A stretch of 64,000 bases of DNA from Arenicellales bacterium. Lineage in GTDB: Bacteria; Pseudomonadota; Gammaproteobacteria; Arenicellales; Poriferihabitantaceae. Under the pieces are notes generated by a model. It did no database searches, was not told where the DNA came from, and saw nothing but the letters and a program-made list of their open reading frames with translations. This document shows, piece by piece, positions 29,990 through 38,260 of this stretch. The number at the start of each line of letters is the position of its first letter. Position 1 is the first letter of the stretch. The stretch is taken from assembly GCA_963457535.1 (NCBI GenBank), contig OY734803.1, positions 1,108,977 to 1,172,976 of the forward strand. The letters run 5' to 3'. The position numbers were made by a program, and so were the translations under genes.

Positions 29990-30035
29990 TCTCGAAATTA
30001 TTATTTGCTCACATCTCTGTCAATCAATCGGAAAA

Positions 30036-31229
30036 ATGGCTGCAACTGAAAAACCCAGCACGGTGCGCTTTGCCAAGGCGGTGGCGCTTCTTAAGCAAGA
30101 CATCGACGATCTCGAAAATGCCTTGCAGCAAGCAGGGGTTCCCGTCTTTGCGGAAATCGCCAGCCTTGAGGAAATCCCGAAAGCAAAAAGGAAAGACATC
30201 GAAAATCGACTGTGGCTGATATTGGCTTACGGTGAGTATCCCGTGGAAAAACTGTGGTCGGAAATGTGGTCATCATTGGACATGTTGCTTTCCATTGCAA
30301 AAAGCGACTGGCCTATCCGGTTCTACGCAACCAAATACAAAAAGGAATTTCGCCAAAAAATCAAACGCATTCTCGGTGCTGAAAATGCTCCTTCACGCAC
30401 TCACGTCGAACTGTGGATTGTGAAACAGGAAGTAGCTCCCATGGTGTTCCCCTTGCAGAGTTTCATCGACGAGGTCGACATCAATGACTACGTACATATG
30501 GCGCGAAATGGAATCTTACTGGATGAATGCATCAAACCCTACATTAACGCTCCCTCTCAGCATGCCCGTGAAGATGCCTCCATCTTCGAGAGCTTTCGCA
30601 AGATTGGGTCGGTTGCAGGGGACTATTACCTTCTGCTTGTTGATAAAGATCACGAGGGCAAACTGGCTTCTGACTACCGCGAACCCCGAACCTATTTTGG
30701 TAAGGATGGCCCCATCGAAGGGGAAGTGGAGTACGACAAAAAATGGATTGGGTTGCTGCAATACGATCTGTCCTCTTTCGATGAGATCATCCACAAGCGC
30801 TACTTTACTCCCGATGCCTGGGTGCAAAATGAAAGTAAACTTCTTCCAATCGCTATCACGGAAGAAGAGAAAAAGATACGGCCGCACATCCGCGAGCGAT
30901 TGCATGAGATTTATCATGCTTTCATTTTCAGCAACTGGATCGCAGTGGTTGCGCTGTCGCGCTGCCTACTGGAATATGCACTCGTCGACAAAGAGGATCT
31001 CCTCAAAATCAATGCTTACGAAAAAAATCAGCGAGTGAAGAGACTCTCTTGCTTGATTGCAGATGCCAAAAAAACCCGCCCCAAACTGGGAGGGTTTATG
31101 GCGCGCATAAAAGATGCCGGCGATGCTGTGATGCACCCGCAAAAAGACAGTCGCCTGCCCGACAAAGAAGCGGCGAGAAATTGCATCACTGACATCACCA
31201 AAATCGTAAGCGCCTTATACAGCGAGTAA
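30036..31229 (+). CDS. hypothetical protein; C-terminal ~110 aa is DUF4145-like
   Basis: Start set at MAATEKP, because the upstream part of the ORF is antisense to the Fe-S gene. Markedly low GC. The C-terminal RERLHEIYHAFIFSNWIAVVALSRCLLEYAL...ARIKDAGDAVMHPQ resembles the DUF4145 helical pattern. The N-terminal 280 aa is unrecognised. Confidence 0.55.
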   Translation: MAATEKPSTVRFAKAVALLKQDIDDLENALQQAGVPVFAEIASLEEIPKAKRKDIENRLWLILAYGEYPVEKLWSEMWSSLDMLLSIAKSDWPIRFYATKYKKEFRQKIKRILGAENAPSRTHVELWIVKQEVAPMVFPLQSFIDEVDINDYVHMARNGILLDECIKPYINAPSQHAREDASIFESFRKIGSVAGDYYLLLVDKDHEGKLASDYREPRTYFGKDGPIEGEVEYDKKWIGLLQYDLSSFDEIIHKRYFTPDAWVQNESKLLPIAITEEEKKIRPHIRERLHEIYHAFIFSNWIAVVALSRCLLEYALVDKEDLLKINAYEKNQRVKRLSCLIADAKKTRPKLGGFMARIKDAGDAVMHPQKDSRLPDKEAARNCITDITKIVSALYSE

Positions 31230-31300
31230 TTTTCTCGCTGTTGGGCGCTGGCGCATGGAAATCGGCGCAAACATCCTCCATTTATACGGAATTATTTAAC

Positions 31301-31329
31301 TTGACATTCCGTTCCGTACGCGGTATTTT
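31301..31329 (+). promoter_or_regulatory. candidate sigma70 promoter of the structured leader and OMP gene
   Basis: TTGACA (31301-31306), 17-nt spacer, TATTTT (31324-31329). Confidence 0.5.
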
Positions 31330-31336
31330 CACCCCC

Positions 31337-31457
31337 GCATAAGAGACACGATCCGCATTGCCGGGTCGCTCGTGAATACAACACCGCGATTAAGGGACGG
31401 CCCGGCCAGGTCGTTCTGCGGAAATCAGCGGGGAGTGCACTTTCGTGTCTCTTATGC
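31337..31457 (+). promoter_or_regulatory. structured 5' leader RNA domain (unclassified riboswitch/attenuator candidate)
   Basis: Perfect 14-bp closing helix gcataagagacacg (31337-31350) / cgtgtctcttatgc (31444-31457). It encloses nested helices 31352-57/31417-22 and 31360-68/31398-406. Confidence 0.5.
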
Positions 31458-31462
31458 AACGG

Positions 31463-31488
31463 CCCGGCACCAGTGCCGGGGTTCTTTT
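31463..31488 (+). terminator. intrinsic terminator within the leader, 25 nt before the OMP start codon
   Basis: cccggca/tgccggg 7-bp stem, 4-nt loop, then gttctttt. Confidence 0.6.
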
Positions 31489-31513
31489 AATCTCCCTTGC
31501 ATAGGAGACCACA

Positions 31514-32113
31514 ATGAAGAAGTACACTTGCGTTTTCGCGACGCTCGTCGCGCTCTGCTTCACTTTCGCCAATGCAACGCATGCCCAACAAGATCTGCCC
31601 GAGGTGACTCTCGGTGCATACTATGGGCCGTCGAAAATCGAACTGACCGGAGCGGGCGCACTTCAAGGCTCGGTGACCGGAACCGGCCGTGAAGTTGGCG
31701 TGTTTTTGCAAGTCCACCAAGGCATGTTCGGCTTGCACGGTGCGTTTGGCGTAAACTCCACGAAAGTCGACGCCACAATCAGAAGGTTTGGGCAGCAAGA
31801 TTCTTTCACAGAAAAAGCCGGACGTTCCCTTGACTTGATGGGCATGCTGTTCATCGAGGGCAGGAGAATCAACGGTATTGGAATGCTGGGATTTACCAGA
31901 TTCGAGACCGAAGCATCCGGCGATATCAGCGGAGGCGGCTTCATCACCGGGCTGAAATACGCGGTAGGTTTTGATGTCCCATTCCCCAATGGATGGGTCG
32001 CCCAACTAGCGTACGAATACGCGAACTTGGGCGAACTCAACATCACCGGTACAGCCGACAGATACGAACTCGAAGAATCCGGCTTACGCCTCCGCATCGG
32101 TGCGCGTTACTAG
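31514..32113 (+). CDS. small outer-membrane beta-barrel protein (OMP_b-brl-like)
   Basis: Signal peptide MKKYTCVFATLVALCFTFANATHAQ, alternating beta-strand pattern, C-terminal aromatic residue (...RIGARY). Confidence 0.7.
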   Translation: MKKYTCVFATLVALCFTFANATHAQQDLPEVTLGAYYGPSKIELTGAGALQGSVTGTGREVGVFLQVHQGMFGLHGAFGVNSTKVDATIRRFGQQDSFTEKAGRSLDLMGMLFIEGRRINGIGMLGFTRFETEASGDISGGGFITGLKYAVGFDVPFPNGWVAQLAYEYANLGELNITGTADRYELEESGLRLRIGARY

Positions 32114-32131
32114 CTCGCCAAAAAACCAACC

Positions 32132-32167
32132 GCCCCCGGCCGGCTTAGCCGCCCGGGGGCTTTTTTT
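32132..32167 (+). terminator. intrinsic terminator after the first OMP gene
   Basis: gcccccgg...ccgggggc stem followed by ttttttt. Confidence 0.7.
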
Positions 32168-32237
32168 GTTTCCGCCCGGCAAACTCCACGGCAATGCGGC
32201 TACAATGCCGCTACCCGCCAATTTCCGGACTCTATTA

Positions 32238-32795
32238 ATGAACAAACCCGCCCTCCTCGCCCCGCTCTTTTTGCTGCTCCTCGCCCCCCCCGTGCACGCT
32301 GAATTGCGGCTTGGCGGGCAAGTGGAGTTCGTTGGAACCGACGTCACCAGCGGCGCCGAAGAGTCGGCGAGCGACGCCGGAGTCGGCGCGTTCGCGCAAT
32401 TTCGCCGCACGCTGGACAGCGATTTGGTGGTCGGCGCGCATCTCAGTTTCGGGGGGAGTTCGCCTAATTTTGATTTCCCCGGCGGCCGACGAATCGAAAC
32501 CTCCGCCGGCGCCGATTTGCTCGGGCTGCTCGCTTTCTCCGGCGACAGTTACATTCCGGTAATCATGCTCGGCTATTCGTCGCTTGATGTTGTCGGGCCC
32601 AAAGATGAAATGGAGCGCAAAGAAGAAACTCTCACCGGCTGGAAATTCGCGTTCGGCGCGGAGTTTGAATTCACCGAGGATTTCATCCTGCACACGCTTT
32701 TTCAATTCGCCGATTACGGCGGAAAAATGTTCCACGGGGAAGATGTCAACGCAACCCAAACCTCCCTCCGACTCGGCTTCGCGTTCCGCTTCTGA
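32238..32795 (+). CDS. small outer-membrane beta-barrel protein (paralog-like)
   Basis: Start at MNKPALLAPLFLLLLAPPVHA (signal peptide). Ends ...LRLGFAFRF. Confidence 0.65.
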   Translation: MNKPALLAPLFLLLLAPPVHAELRLGGQVEFVGTDVTSGAEESASDAGVGAFAQFRRTLDSDLVVGAHLSFGGSSPNFDFPGGRRIETSAGADLLGLLAFSGDSYIPVIMLGYSSLDVVGPKDEMERKEETLTGWKFAFGAEFEFTEDFILHTLFQFADYGGKMFHGEDVNATQTSLRLGFAFRF

Positions 32796-33385
32796 TGCTC
32801 ATCCACATCCCCAACCTGCTGACGCTGTTTCGGGTGGCGCTGATTCCGGTGCTGGTGGTCATGTATTTCTGGCCGTCGGCATACCGCGAAGCGATTGTCG
32901 CCGGGATTTTTCTGCTGGCGGCGTGCACCGACTGGCTGGACGGATTTTTGGCGCGGCAAATGGACGCGGCCTCGCAACTCGGCGCGTTTTTGGACCCGGT
33001 CGCGGACAAGTTGATCGTGTCCACCGCGCTGGTGCTTTTGGTCGCGGACGCGGATATTCTGGGCATGGTGCTGCACCCGATGCCGTTTGCGATTGCGGTG
33101 GCGATCATCATCGGGCGCGAAATCGTGGTGTCGGCGCTGCGCGAATGGATGGCGGAACTCGGCGACCGCGGCGCGGTCGCGGTCGGCAGCATCGGCAAGT
33201 TCAAAACCGCGTCGCAAATGGTCTCCATCATCGCGCTGCTCTACGCCAAGCCGCTTTTGGGCCTGCCGGTGTTCCGGCTCGGCGAAATTTTGTTTTATAT
33301 CGCGGCGATTTTGACGCTGTGGTCCATGTTTGAATACCTGCGCGCCGCGCATCCGCGCATTCGGGAGAATGGGGTGGTGCGGTAG
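32795..33385 (+). CDS. pgsA: CDP-diacylglycerol--glycerol-3-phosphate 3-phosphatidyltransferase
   Basis: NLLTLFRVALIPV...DWLDGFLAR...DPVADK CDP-alcohol phosphatidyltransferase motif. Followed by tRNA-Gly, as in enterobacteria. Confidence 0.9.
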   Translation: MLIHIPNLLTLFRVALIPVLVVMYFWPSAYREAIVAGIFLLAACTDWLDGFLARQMDAASQLGAFLDPVADKLIVSTALVLLVADADILGMVLHPMPFAIAVAIIIGREIVVSALREWMAELGDRGAVAVGSIGKFKTASQMVSIIALLYAKPLLGLPVFRLGEILFYIAAILTLWSMFEYLRAAHPRIRENGVVR

Positions 33386-33411
33386 CAAGTCCCATTTGCT
33401 TTTGCCGCCGC

Positions 33412-33439
33412 TTGACAGGCGCGGCGGGGCGGGTATAAT
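33412..33439 (+). promoter_or_regulatory. candidate sigma70 promoter for tRNA-Gly
   Basis: TTGACA (33412-17), 16-nt GC-rich spacer, TATAAT (33434-39). Confidence 0.6.
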
Positions 33440-33456
33440 CGCAGTTCTGCAAATTA

Positions 33457-33531
33457 GCGGGAATAGCTCAGTGGTAGAGCACAACCTTGCCAAGGTTGGG
33501 GTCGCGAGTTCGAATCTCGTTTCCCGCTCCA
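33457..33531 (+). tRNA. glyW: tRNA-Gly (anticodon GCC), CCA encoded
   Basis: Hand-folded cloverleaf: acceptor GCGGGAA/TTCCCGC, anticodon loop TTGCCAA, T-loop TTCGAAT. Confidence 0.92.
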
Positions 33532-33587
33532 TTTCATCCCCCTCCCAAAAAACGCCGCGGAAAATGCGGCATGGAAATGACGGCGCG

Positions 33588-35381
33588 CTACTTCGGCGTC
33601 GCCACCCGAATCCGCCACAGCGACCAGCGTTTGCCGCGGTTGGAGACGAAATACACGCTCTTTCGGTCCGGCGCCATCAGCGGGTATTTGTCCACCGAGC
33701 CGTTGGTGGTCAGTTGGTAGCGGCGGCCGTTCTTGGTGTCAAACATCCAAATGTCCTCGTTCGGGCGGCCGGTCGGGTCGTTGCCGGCCATGGAGGCGTA
33801 GAGAATGAAGCGGTTGTCGGACGACCACGACGGATGCGAATATGGCGGAATCGGCGGGGTGGTCACGCTCTTCGCCGCGGCCCGGTAGACGGCGCGCTCC
33901 TCGTCGTTTAAGTGGCGCAGATAGCGGCGCGAGATGGAGGGCGCGTCCGAGGTGAGTTGGGTGCGGTCGGCGCCGGTCACCGAGGCCATCCACAAATTGT
34001 GGTCGGCGCCGATGTAGGCGACGCGTTTTCCGTCCGGGGAAATGCTCGGCTGGTAGCCCTTGGCGATTTGCGTCGGGTGCTGGTTGGGGCCGCCGATGGT
34101 CCAGATGTAATGGCTGTCCACGATGCGCCCGGTGTCGGGGTTGAGCAGCGCGAATTCCACGGCGATGCAGTTGTTGCCGGCCACCGTCGGGCGCAAAACC
34201 CGCGCGTTGCGGTAATTGACCAGCACGTCGGAGATGCCGCTTTTGCGCGACGAACTGATGCTGAAAATGTCGGCGAGGTTGTTGCGGCGGCGGTTGGAGG
34301 AAAAGTAAATGTATTTTCCGTCGGGCGAATAGGACGGGTAGCCGTCCTGAAAATTTTGCGTGGTGATGTGCTGCACGCTGCCGCGCACATCCAGCCGCAA
34401 TGCGCGCACATGCGACGGCGGGTGCGGCGCGCCGGCGTCGGCGTCGGTGTATTTTTCGTTCGGCATGGTCTGCGCGAAGACGATGCGCTTGCCTTTGGGC
34501 GAGATGTTCATGCCGAGAATCGCGCTGCCGTGCGGGAAGACATGCACCAGCGCGGGCGGCGCGCCGGCGCGCTCGGCGGTCTGCGGAAAGGCGCGGCGCA
34601 GCAATTCCAGATTGACCGGCTTGCCTTCGGGCGCGGTTTTCTGGCGGACTTCCTCCACCAGCGTAAACAGCGGCGCGGCCACCACCACGCTGCGCGCGCC
34701 GGATTCGGCGATGGGCAGACTGGCGTAAATCGCCGCGTCCACATTGACGCGCGCGATTTCCACGCCGCCGGTGGCGGTGGCGCGGATGTCGTAATGGCGG
34801 CTGATTTTGAAATCCACGCCCATGGCGAGCGGCGCGTCTCCGGTCGCCACGACCGCGCCGGTGGCGTCATACACCTCCAAAAACGCGCCGGCGGGTTCGG
34901 AGTCAATGAGCAAATCTCCGGCGACCAGGGGCGCGGAGGGGCGCGTCGGGGCGGGCGCGGGAGCGGGCGTTTCTTCGGCGACTTCCTCTTCCTCTTCTTC
35001 AATTACCGGGTCGGAACTTTCCGCGGCGGTTTTTGCGGGGGCCGGTTCGGGGCCGAATCGCAGCAAAAAGCGGCGCGTGCCGGGGCGGCGGCGCACCGGC
35101 GGCAAATCCTGAAAATCGCCGCGGGAAATGCGCCGGACGCTTTGCTCGCCGCCGCCGGGCGGGGTCGCGCGGATTTCGTAGAAGTCGTCGTATTGGAAAT
35201 CCACCGGGACTTGAATCGGCGATGCGCCGCTGCGGGCGACGCCGTTTTGGCTGATGACCGTGACCTCGGCCGCGGTCGGCGCGGTTTCCACCAGCAAATT
35301 TCGCGGCGAGGTGCAGCCGGAAATGACGGCGAGCGCGGCCGCGGCGACGGCAATTTTGGGGGCGAATTTTCGGGGAGTCAT
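33588..35381 (-). CDS. lipoprotein with PEGA-like N-terminal domains and a TolB/PD40-type beta-propeller
   Basis: Start at MTPRKFAPKIAVAAAALAVISGC (lipobox), an acidic/Pro linker (EEEEEEVAEETPAPAPAP), and repeated SPDGK.. propeller blades (YSPDGKYIYFSS, ISPDGKRVAY, WSSDNRFILY, MAPDRKSVYF). Confidence 0.7.
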   Translation of the reverse strand: MTPRKFAPKIAVAAAALAVISGCTSPRNLLVETAPTAAEVTVISQNGVARSGASPIQVPVDFQYDDFYEIRATPPGGGEQSVRRISRGDFQDLPPVRRRPGTRRFLLRFGPEPAPAKTAAESSDPVIEEEEEEVAEETPAPAPAPTRPSAPLVAGDLLIDSEPAGAFLEVYDATGAVVATGDAPLAMGVDFKISRHYDIRATATGGVEIARVNVDAAIYASLPIAESGARSVVVAAPLFTLVEEVRQKTAPEGKPVNLELLRRAFPQTAERAGAPPALVHVFPHGSAILGMNISPKGKRIVFAQTMPNEKYTDADAGAPHPPSHVRALRLDVRGSVQHITTQNFQDGYPSYSPDGKYIYFSSNRRRNNLADIFSISSSRKSGISDVLVNYRNARVLRPTVAGNNCIAVEFALLNPDTGRIVDSHYIWTIGGPNQHPTQIAKGYQPSISPDGKRVAYIGADHNLWMASVTGADRTQLTSDAPSISRRYLRHLNDEERAVYRAAAKSVTTPPIPPYSHPSWSSDNRFILYASMAGNDPTGRPNEDIWMFDTKNGRRYQLTTNGSVDKYPLMAPDRKSVYFVSNRGKRWSLWRIRVATPK

Positions 35382-35480
35382 GGAAGTTCCGGCGGCGGAA
35401 ATTGACCGGGCGGATTTTAGCGCAGATTTCGGCGGAATAATCATTAAATAGCGGGGGGCGGGGTGGTATCATCGGCGGAC

Positions 35481-35551
35481 GGCTGAGTGGCAGAGTGGTT
35501 ATGCGACGGCCTGCAAAGCCGTGGATCTCGGTTCGATTCCGGGCTCAGCCT
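35481..35551 (+). tRNA. cysT: tRNA-Cys (anticodon GCA), CCA not fully encoded
   Basis: Acceptor GGCTGAG/CTCAGCC, 3-bp D-stem, anticodon stem ACGGC/GCCGT with loop CTGCAAA, T-loop TTCGATT. Confidence 0.85.
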
Positions 35552-35661
35552 CCGCTTCTTTCCCGGCTTTTCCGCCGGACTTTTCATTTTCCACCGGACT
35601 TTTTAAGCCGACTTTTTCATGCCGAGTTTTCCGAAGACTTTTACCCCGGTTTCCCCGACGC

Positions 35662-35749
35662 GCCCGGGTGGCGGAACTAGGTAGACGCAAGGGACTTAAA
35701 ATCCCTCGAGGGCAACCTCGTGCCGGTTCAAATCCGGCCCCGGGCACCA
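35662..35749 (+). tRNA. leuZ: tRNA-Leu (anticodon TAA), long variable arm, CCA encoded
   Basis: GCCCGGGTGGCGGAA...GGGACTTAAAATCCC...TTCAAATCC...CCCGGGCACCA, near-collinear with E. coli leuZ as I remember it. Confidence 0.9.
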
Positions 35750-35799
35750 CCCGCAGAAACTTCCGCGCAAACTTCCGTGAAAACCGCCGCGAAAAATCC

Positions 35800-36363
35800 A
35801 TGACCGAAAAACGATTTATTTCGGCGCAGGAATTATTGGAGGATTCCTACCGCCTCGGCGCGCGCATCATCAACAGCGGATTTCGCCCGGACTTTATCGT
35901 CGGCATTTGGCGCGGCGGCGCGCCGGTCGGCATCGCCGTGCAGGAAATGCTGGAGCATTTTGAAATTCCGACCGACCACATCAGCGTGCGCACCTCGCTC
36001 TACAAACAAATCGGCCGCCCGTCCGAAAGCGTGCGCGTGCATGGGCTGGGGTATTTGGTGCGCGAATTGAACGCGGAAAATCAACTTCTGATCGTGGACG
36101 ATGTCTACGACTCGGGGCGCAGCATTGAGGCGGTCATCGCGCAATTGCGCGAGCGCACCCGGCGCAACACGCCGCAGCAAATCAAGGTGGCGACGCCGTG
36201 GTTTAAACCGCGCAGCAACGCCACCGAGCGCGTGCCGGATTTTTACCTGCACGAGACCGACAATTGGCTGGTGTTTCCGCACGAGGTGCAGGGGCTGGAG
36301 GACGCCGAAATCGCCCGCGGAAAGCCGGAAATCCATAAAATTATGCGGGACGCGCGGGGGTGA
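35800..36363 (+). CDS. purine/pyrimidine phosphoribosyltransferase-family protein
   Basis: Start at MTEKRFIS, since the ORF upstream runs through the tRNA genes. LLIVDDVYDSGRS PRPP-binding motif. Confidence 0.75.
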   Translation: MTEKRFISAQELLEDSYRLGARIINSGFRPDFIVGIWRGGAPVGIAVQEMLEHFEIPTDHISVRTSLYKQIGRPSESVRVHGLGYLVRELNAENQLLIVDDVYDSGRSIEAVIAQLRERTRRNTPQQIKVATPWFKPRSNATERVPDFYLHETDNWLVFPHEVQGLEDAEIARGKPEIHKIMRDARG

Positions 36364-36565
36364 AACCGCAAAAAATGCCGGAAAATCGGTGAAAAAATAG
36401 CGCGAAAAAAGGCCTTGACAGCCGAAAAAATATCGTAAAAACGGCGGCGGCGGCCTCGCATGGCGGGGATATAATCCGCGCCCGGTTTTTCATATTCATG
36501 GGCGCGCCGCAATTTCGGGCGCGCCTCCCTCAACTCCTTAACCATGTTTCAGACGGGGTCTTCCC

Positions 36566-37264
36566 ATGGCAGACGGCGACAAACAAGACGATGTGGATTT
36601 GGCTTCCTTGCCGGACGACGAGTTGGTCGAGCAAATGCACGACGACCTCTATGACGGCCTGCGCGACGAAATCATGGAGGGCACCAAGATTTTGCTGGAG
36701 CGCGGCTGGGGCGCGAGCAAGGTGCTGGACGAGGCGCTGGTGGAAGGCATGCGCATAGTCGGCATTGATTTTCGCGACGGCATTTTGTTCGTGCCGGAAG
36801 TGCTGATGTCGGCGAACGCCATGAAAGGCGGCATGGAAATTCTGCGCCCGCTTCTGGCCGAGACCGGCGCGAAACCGATCGGCAAGATGGTCATCGGCAC
36901 GGTCAAAGGCGACATTCACGACATCGGCAAAAACCTGGTGGCGATGATGATGGAAGGCGCCGGGTTTGAGGTGATCAACCTCGGCATTGACAATCCGGTG
37001 GAAAACTATCTGGAAGCGCTGGAAGAACACAAGCCCGACATTCTCGGCATGTCGGCGCTTTTGACCACGACCATGCCGTATATGAAAGTGGTGATCGACA
37101 CCATGGTGGAAAAGGGAATTCGCAACGACTACATCGTGCTGGTCGGCGGCGCGCCGCTGAACGAGGAGTTTTCGCAGGCGATCGGCGCCGACGCCTATTG
37201 CCGCGACGCGGCAGTGGCGGTGGAAATCGCGACCGCGAAGGTCGCCGAGAAACGCGCCGCCTGA
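36566..37264 (+). CDS. corrinoid (cobalamin)-binding protein of a methyltransferase system
   Basis: B12-binding_2 cap helix region followed by a Rossmann-like domain with the DxHxxG motif (GDIHDIGKN) and SALLTTT. Confidence 0.85.
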   Translation: MADGDKQDDVDLASLPDDELVEQMHDDLYDGLRDEIMEGTKILLERGWGASKVLDEALVEGMRIVGIDFRDGILFVPEVLMSANAMKGGMEILRPLLAETGAKPIGKMVIGTVKGDIHDIGKNLVAMMMEGAGFEVINLGIDNPVENYLEALEEHKPDILGMSALLTTTMPYMKVVIDTMVEKGIRNDYIVLVGGAPLNEEFSQAIGADAYCRDAAVAVEIATAKVAEKRAA

Positions 37265-37275
37265 GCGCGGCGGAC

Positions 37276-37911
37276 ATGAAAATGAGCGCGGGTGCGGAGG
37301 AGGCGCGCGTGCTGGTCATCGCATGCGGCGCGCTCGCGCATGACTTGGTGCGGGTGCGCCAGGCGAACCGCTGGGAGCACCTGGACATTCAATGCCTGCC
37401 GGCCGAACTGCACAACCGCCCGGAAAAAATCGCCCCGGCGGTGCGCGAAAAAATCCGCGCGGCGCGCGCCACGCATAAAAATATTTTCGTCGCCTACGCC
37501 GACTGCGGCAGCGGCGGCGCGCTGGACCGCATCCTGCAGGAGGAAAACGTGGAGCGCCTGCCCGGCAGCCACTGCTACGAATTTTTCGCCGGCGCGAAAA
37601 AGTTCAATGAGTTGCACAACGCCGAACTCGGCACTTTTTACCTGACCGATTTTCTGGCGCGAAATTTCCGGCGCATCATCGTGCGCGGACTCGGCATTGA
37701 TCGCCACCCGGAATTGCGCGAGGTGTATTTTTCCAACTACAAAAAACTGGTGTTTCTGGATCAAAGCGGCGCGCCCGAACTCGCGGCCGAGGCCGAAGAG
37801 GCCGCGCGTTTTCTCGGGCTTGCGTATGAGCATGTGCCGACCGGGGACGCCGAGTTCGCGGCCGCGTTGCGCCCGGTCGCGCCGCCGGTCAAGCAAGTTA
37901 ACCGCGCGTAA
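37276..37911 (+). CDS. DUF1638 domain protein
   Basis: VLVIACGALAHDL...YADCGSGGALD...HCYEFF pattern, positioned directly after a corrinoid protein as is usual for this family. Confidence 0.65.
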   Translation: MKMSAGAEEARVLVIACGALAHDLVRVRQANRWEHLDIQCLPAELHNRPEKIAPAVREKIRAARATHKNIFVAYADCGSGGALDRILQEENVERLPGSHCYEFFAGAKKFNELHNAELGTFYLTDFLARNFRRIIVRGLGIDRHPELREVYFSNYKKLVFLDQSGAPELAAEAEEAARFLGLAYEHVPTGDAEFAAALRPVAPPVKQVNRA

Positions 37912-37917
37912 TTTCCC

Positions 37918-38226
37918 ATGCCTTCTCCGAAAATCATCACCGTGTATTGGCGCGCGATTCCGGCGCAGGTCATCGCCAAACGCGGCCGCGAGAGCGTCAA
38001 GGCGCAGTTGTCGCAGCGTTTTCACGACGCGATTGACCGCGCCGCGATGCGCGCCGGCAAGGGGAGTTCGGACGCATACCTCGCCGACTGGAAGCGCGTC
38101 AACGCCGAGTGCGGCGAGGATTTGCAGGCGGAAGTGGATGCGGCCGCGGCGCGGCTGGAAGGCGAATACGACGACGCGCGCCTGCTCGCGCTGATTCGCA
38201 ACAAAGGCGACGAGCCGGACGCATAA
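37918..38226 (+). CDS. small conserved protein (possibly Virulence_fact/PF13769-like)
   Basis: 102 aa, with a tight 6-nt spacing to the DUF1638 gene. The family assignment is from memory of similar operons only. Confidence 0.4.
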   Translation: MPSPKIITVYWRAIPAQVIAKRGRESVKAQLSQRFHDAIDRAAMRAGKGSSDAYLADWKRVNAECGEDLQAEVDAAAARLEGEYDDARLLALIRNKGDEPDA

Positions 38227-38260
38227 ACGCGCGGCGCGCGCATCCCCGCTTAATTCCCCG

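Noticed and set aside
35521-35799. ORF segments reading through the tRNA genes (35521-36363, 35499-35801, 33330-33911 and 48956-49057).
   Set aside because: They overlap confidently folded tRNA-Cys, tRNA-Leu, tRNA-Gly and tRNA-Gln. The real protein starts lie downstream of the tRNAs.
36363-36565. Cobalamin riboswitch upstream of the corrinoid-protein operon.
   Set aside because: No B12-box-like GCCACTG core or the associated conserved GGTG/AAGGGAA context was found by eye. Only the GGCGCGCC twin boxes are present. An Infernal scan would be needed to be certain.
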